Origin: a virus
IMG/VR virus record: IMGVR_UViG_3300036985_002657
Span: 1-64,000 of that record
Strand: one strand, 5' to 3'
DNA: 64,000 nucleotides
The translations under genes and the position numbers were made by a program. The notes beneath the pieces are model-generated. The model had not been told where the DNA came from and made no database searches. It worked only from the letters and a program-made list of their open reading frames with translations. Positions 63,677 to 64,000 of the stretch are shown one piece after another; position 1 is the first letter of the stretch, and every line of letters begins with the position of its first letter.

Positions 63677-63990
63677 TCTGTCTGTGCCAGCGCGTGCGCC
63701 ACGCGCTTGACGAACTCGGCCTCACTGATGATCTCGATCGGCAGGCCCTTGGCGCGGTACGCCTCGGCCTTCTTCTTCTTGCCGCTCGCCGTGCCTGCTG
63801 CGATTGCGCTGTCGCTGATCACGAGGATGTTGGTCTCCTTCGTCAACGTGCCTGGCGTGCTCCCGCCGTGCTCGGTGACAAGCGCCTGTGCGACCATGCG
63901 ATCCATATCGGCAAGCGCGCCGGTGAAGACGACCTTCTTGCCTGCGAAGCAAGACCACGCCGCGCTGCCCTCCGTGAGCGCAGCAATCAT
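63673..63990 (-). CDS. BRCT domain protein (may extend beyond the window)
   Basis: F.GK.VVFTG.L..M.R..A..LV...GG......TK.T..LV......K..KA......I.IISE.EF; frame is open to the window edge. Confidence 0.85.
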   Translation of the reverse strand: MIAALTEGSAAWSCFAGKKVVFTGALADMDRMVAQALVTEHGGSTPGTLTKETNILVISDSAIAAGTASGKKKKAEAYRAKGLPIEIISEAEFVKRVAHALAQTE

Positions 63991-64000
63991 CGTCGCCGTG

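Noticed and set aside
1-64000. tRNA genes, integrase/att sites, reverse transcriptase or DGR, alternative genetic code
   Set aside because: None recognised in the window; genes are intact under the standard code with all three stop codons in use

Overview
This window is a large part of a high-GC (roughly two-thirds by eye) tailed dsDNA bacteriophage genome of myovirus type (contractile tail). It has two converging arms that meet at a hairpin terminator near 21.03-21.06 kb. The + strand arm (1-21005) encodes replication and recombination functions: DnaB-like helicase, primase, a UDG-domain/PolA fusion, UvsY-like protein, gp32-like SSB, RecA/UvsX, SbcCD/gp46-47 and oligoribonuclease. These are followed by a tightly coupled DNA-modification operon: FolE, a DpdL-like T-fold protein, GT-B glycosyltransferase, radical SAM-SPASM protein, kinase-nucleotidyltransferase fusion, DpdA/TGT-like protein, ParB-like protein and QueE. 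The - strand arm (21067-64000) is the morphogenesis and lysis region: terminase, portal, minor head protein, scaffold, major capsid, neck, collagen fibre, sheath, tube, chaperone, tape measure, baseplate, holin/spanin-like proteins and an amidase endolysin. A canonical queD sits among the head genes. The most interesting signals are: (1) a 7-deazaguanine pathway with no QueC in the window but with extra tailoring enzymes, suggesting an undescribed hypermodified base; (2) a roughly 470-nt UUCG-rich structured RNA candidate directly after the major capsid gene; (3) a recurrent bipartite upstream motif in the replication arm; (4) switch-like leader structures before polA and recA; (5) clustered AGCTACACC boxes around the terminase. 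All assignments come from motif recognition by eye; no database searches were run.
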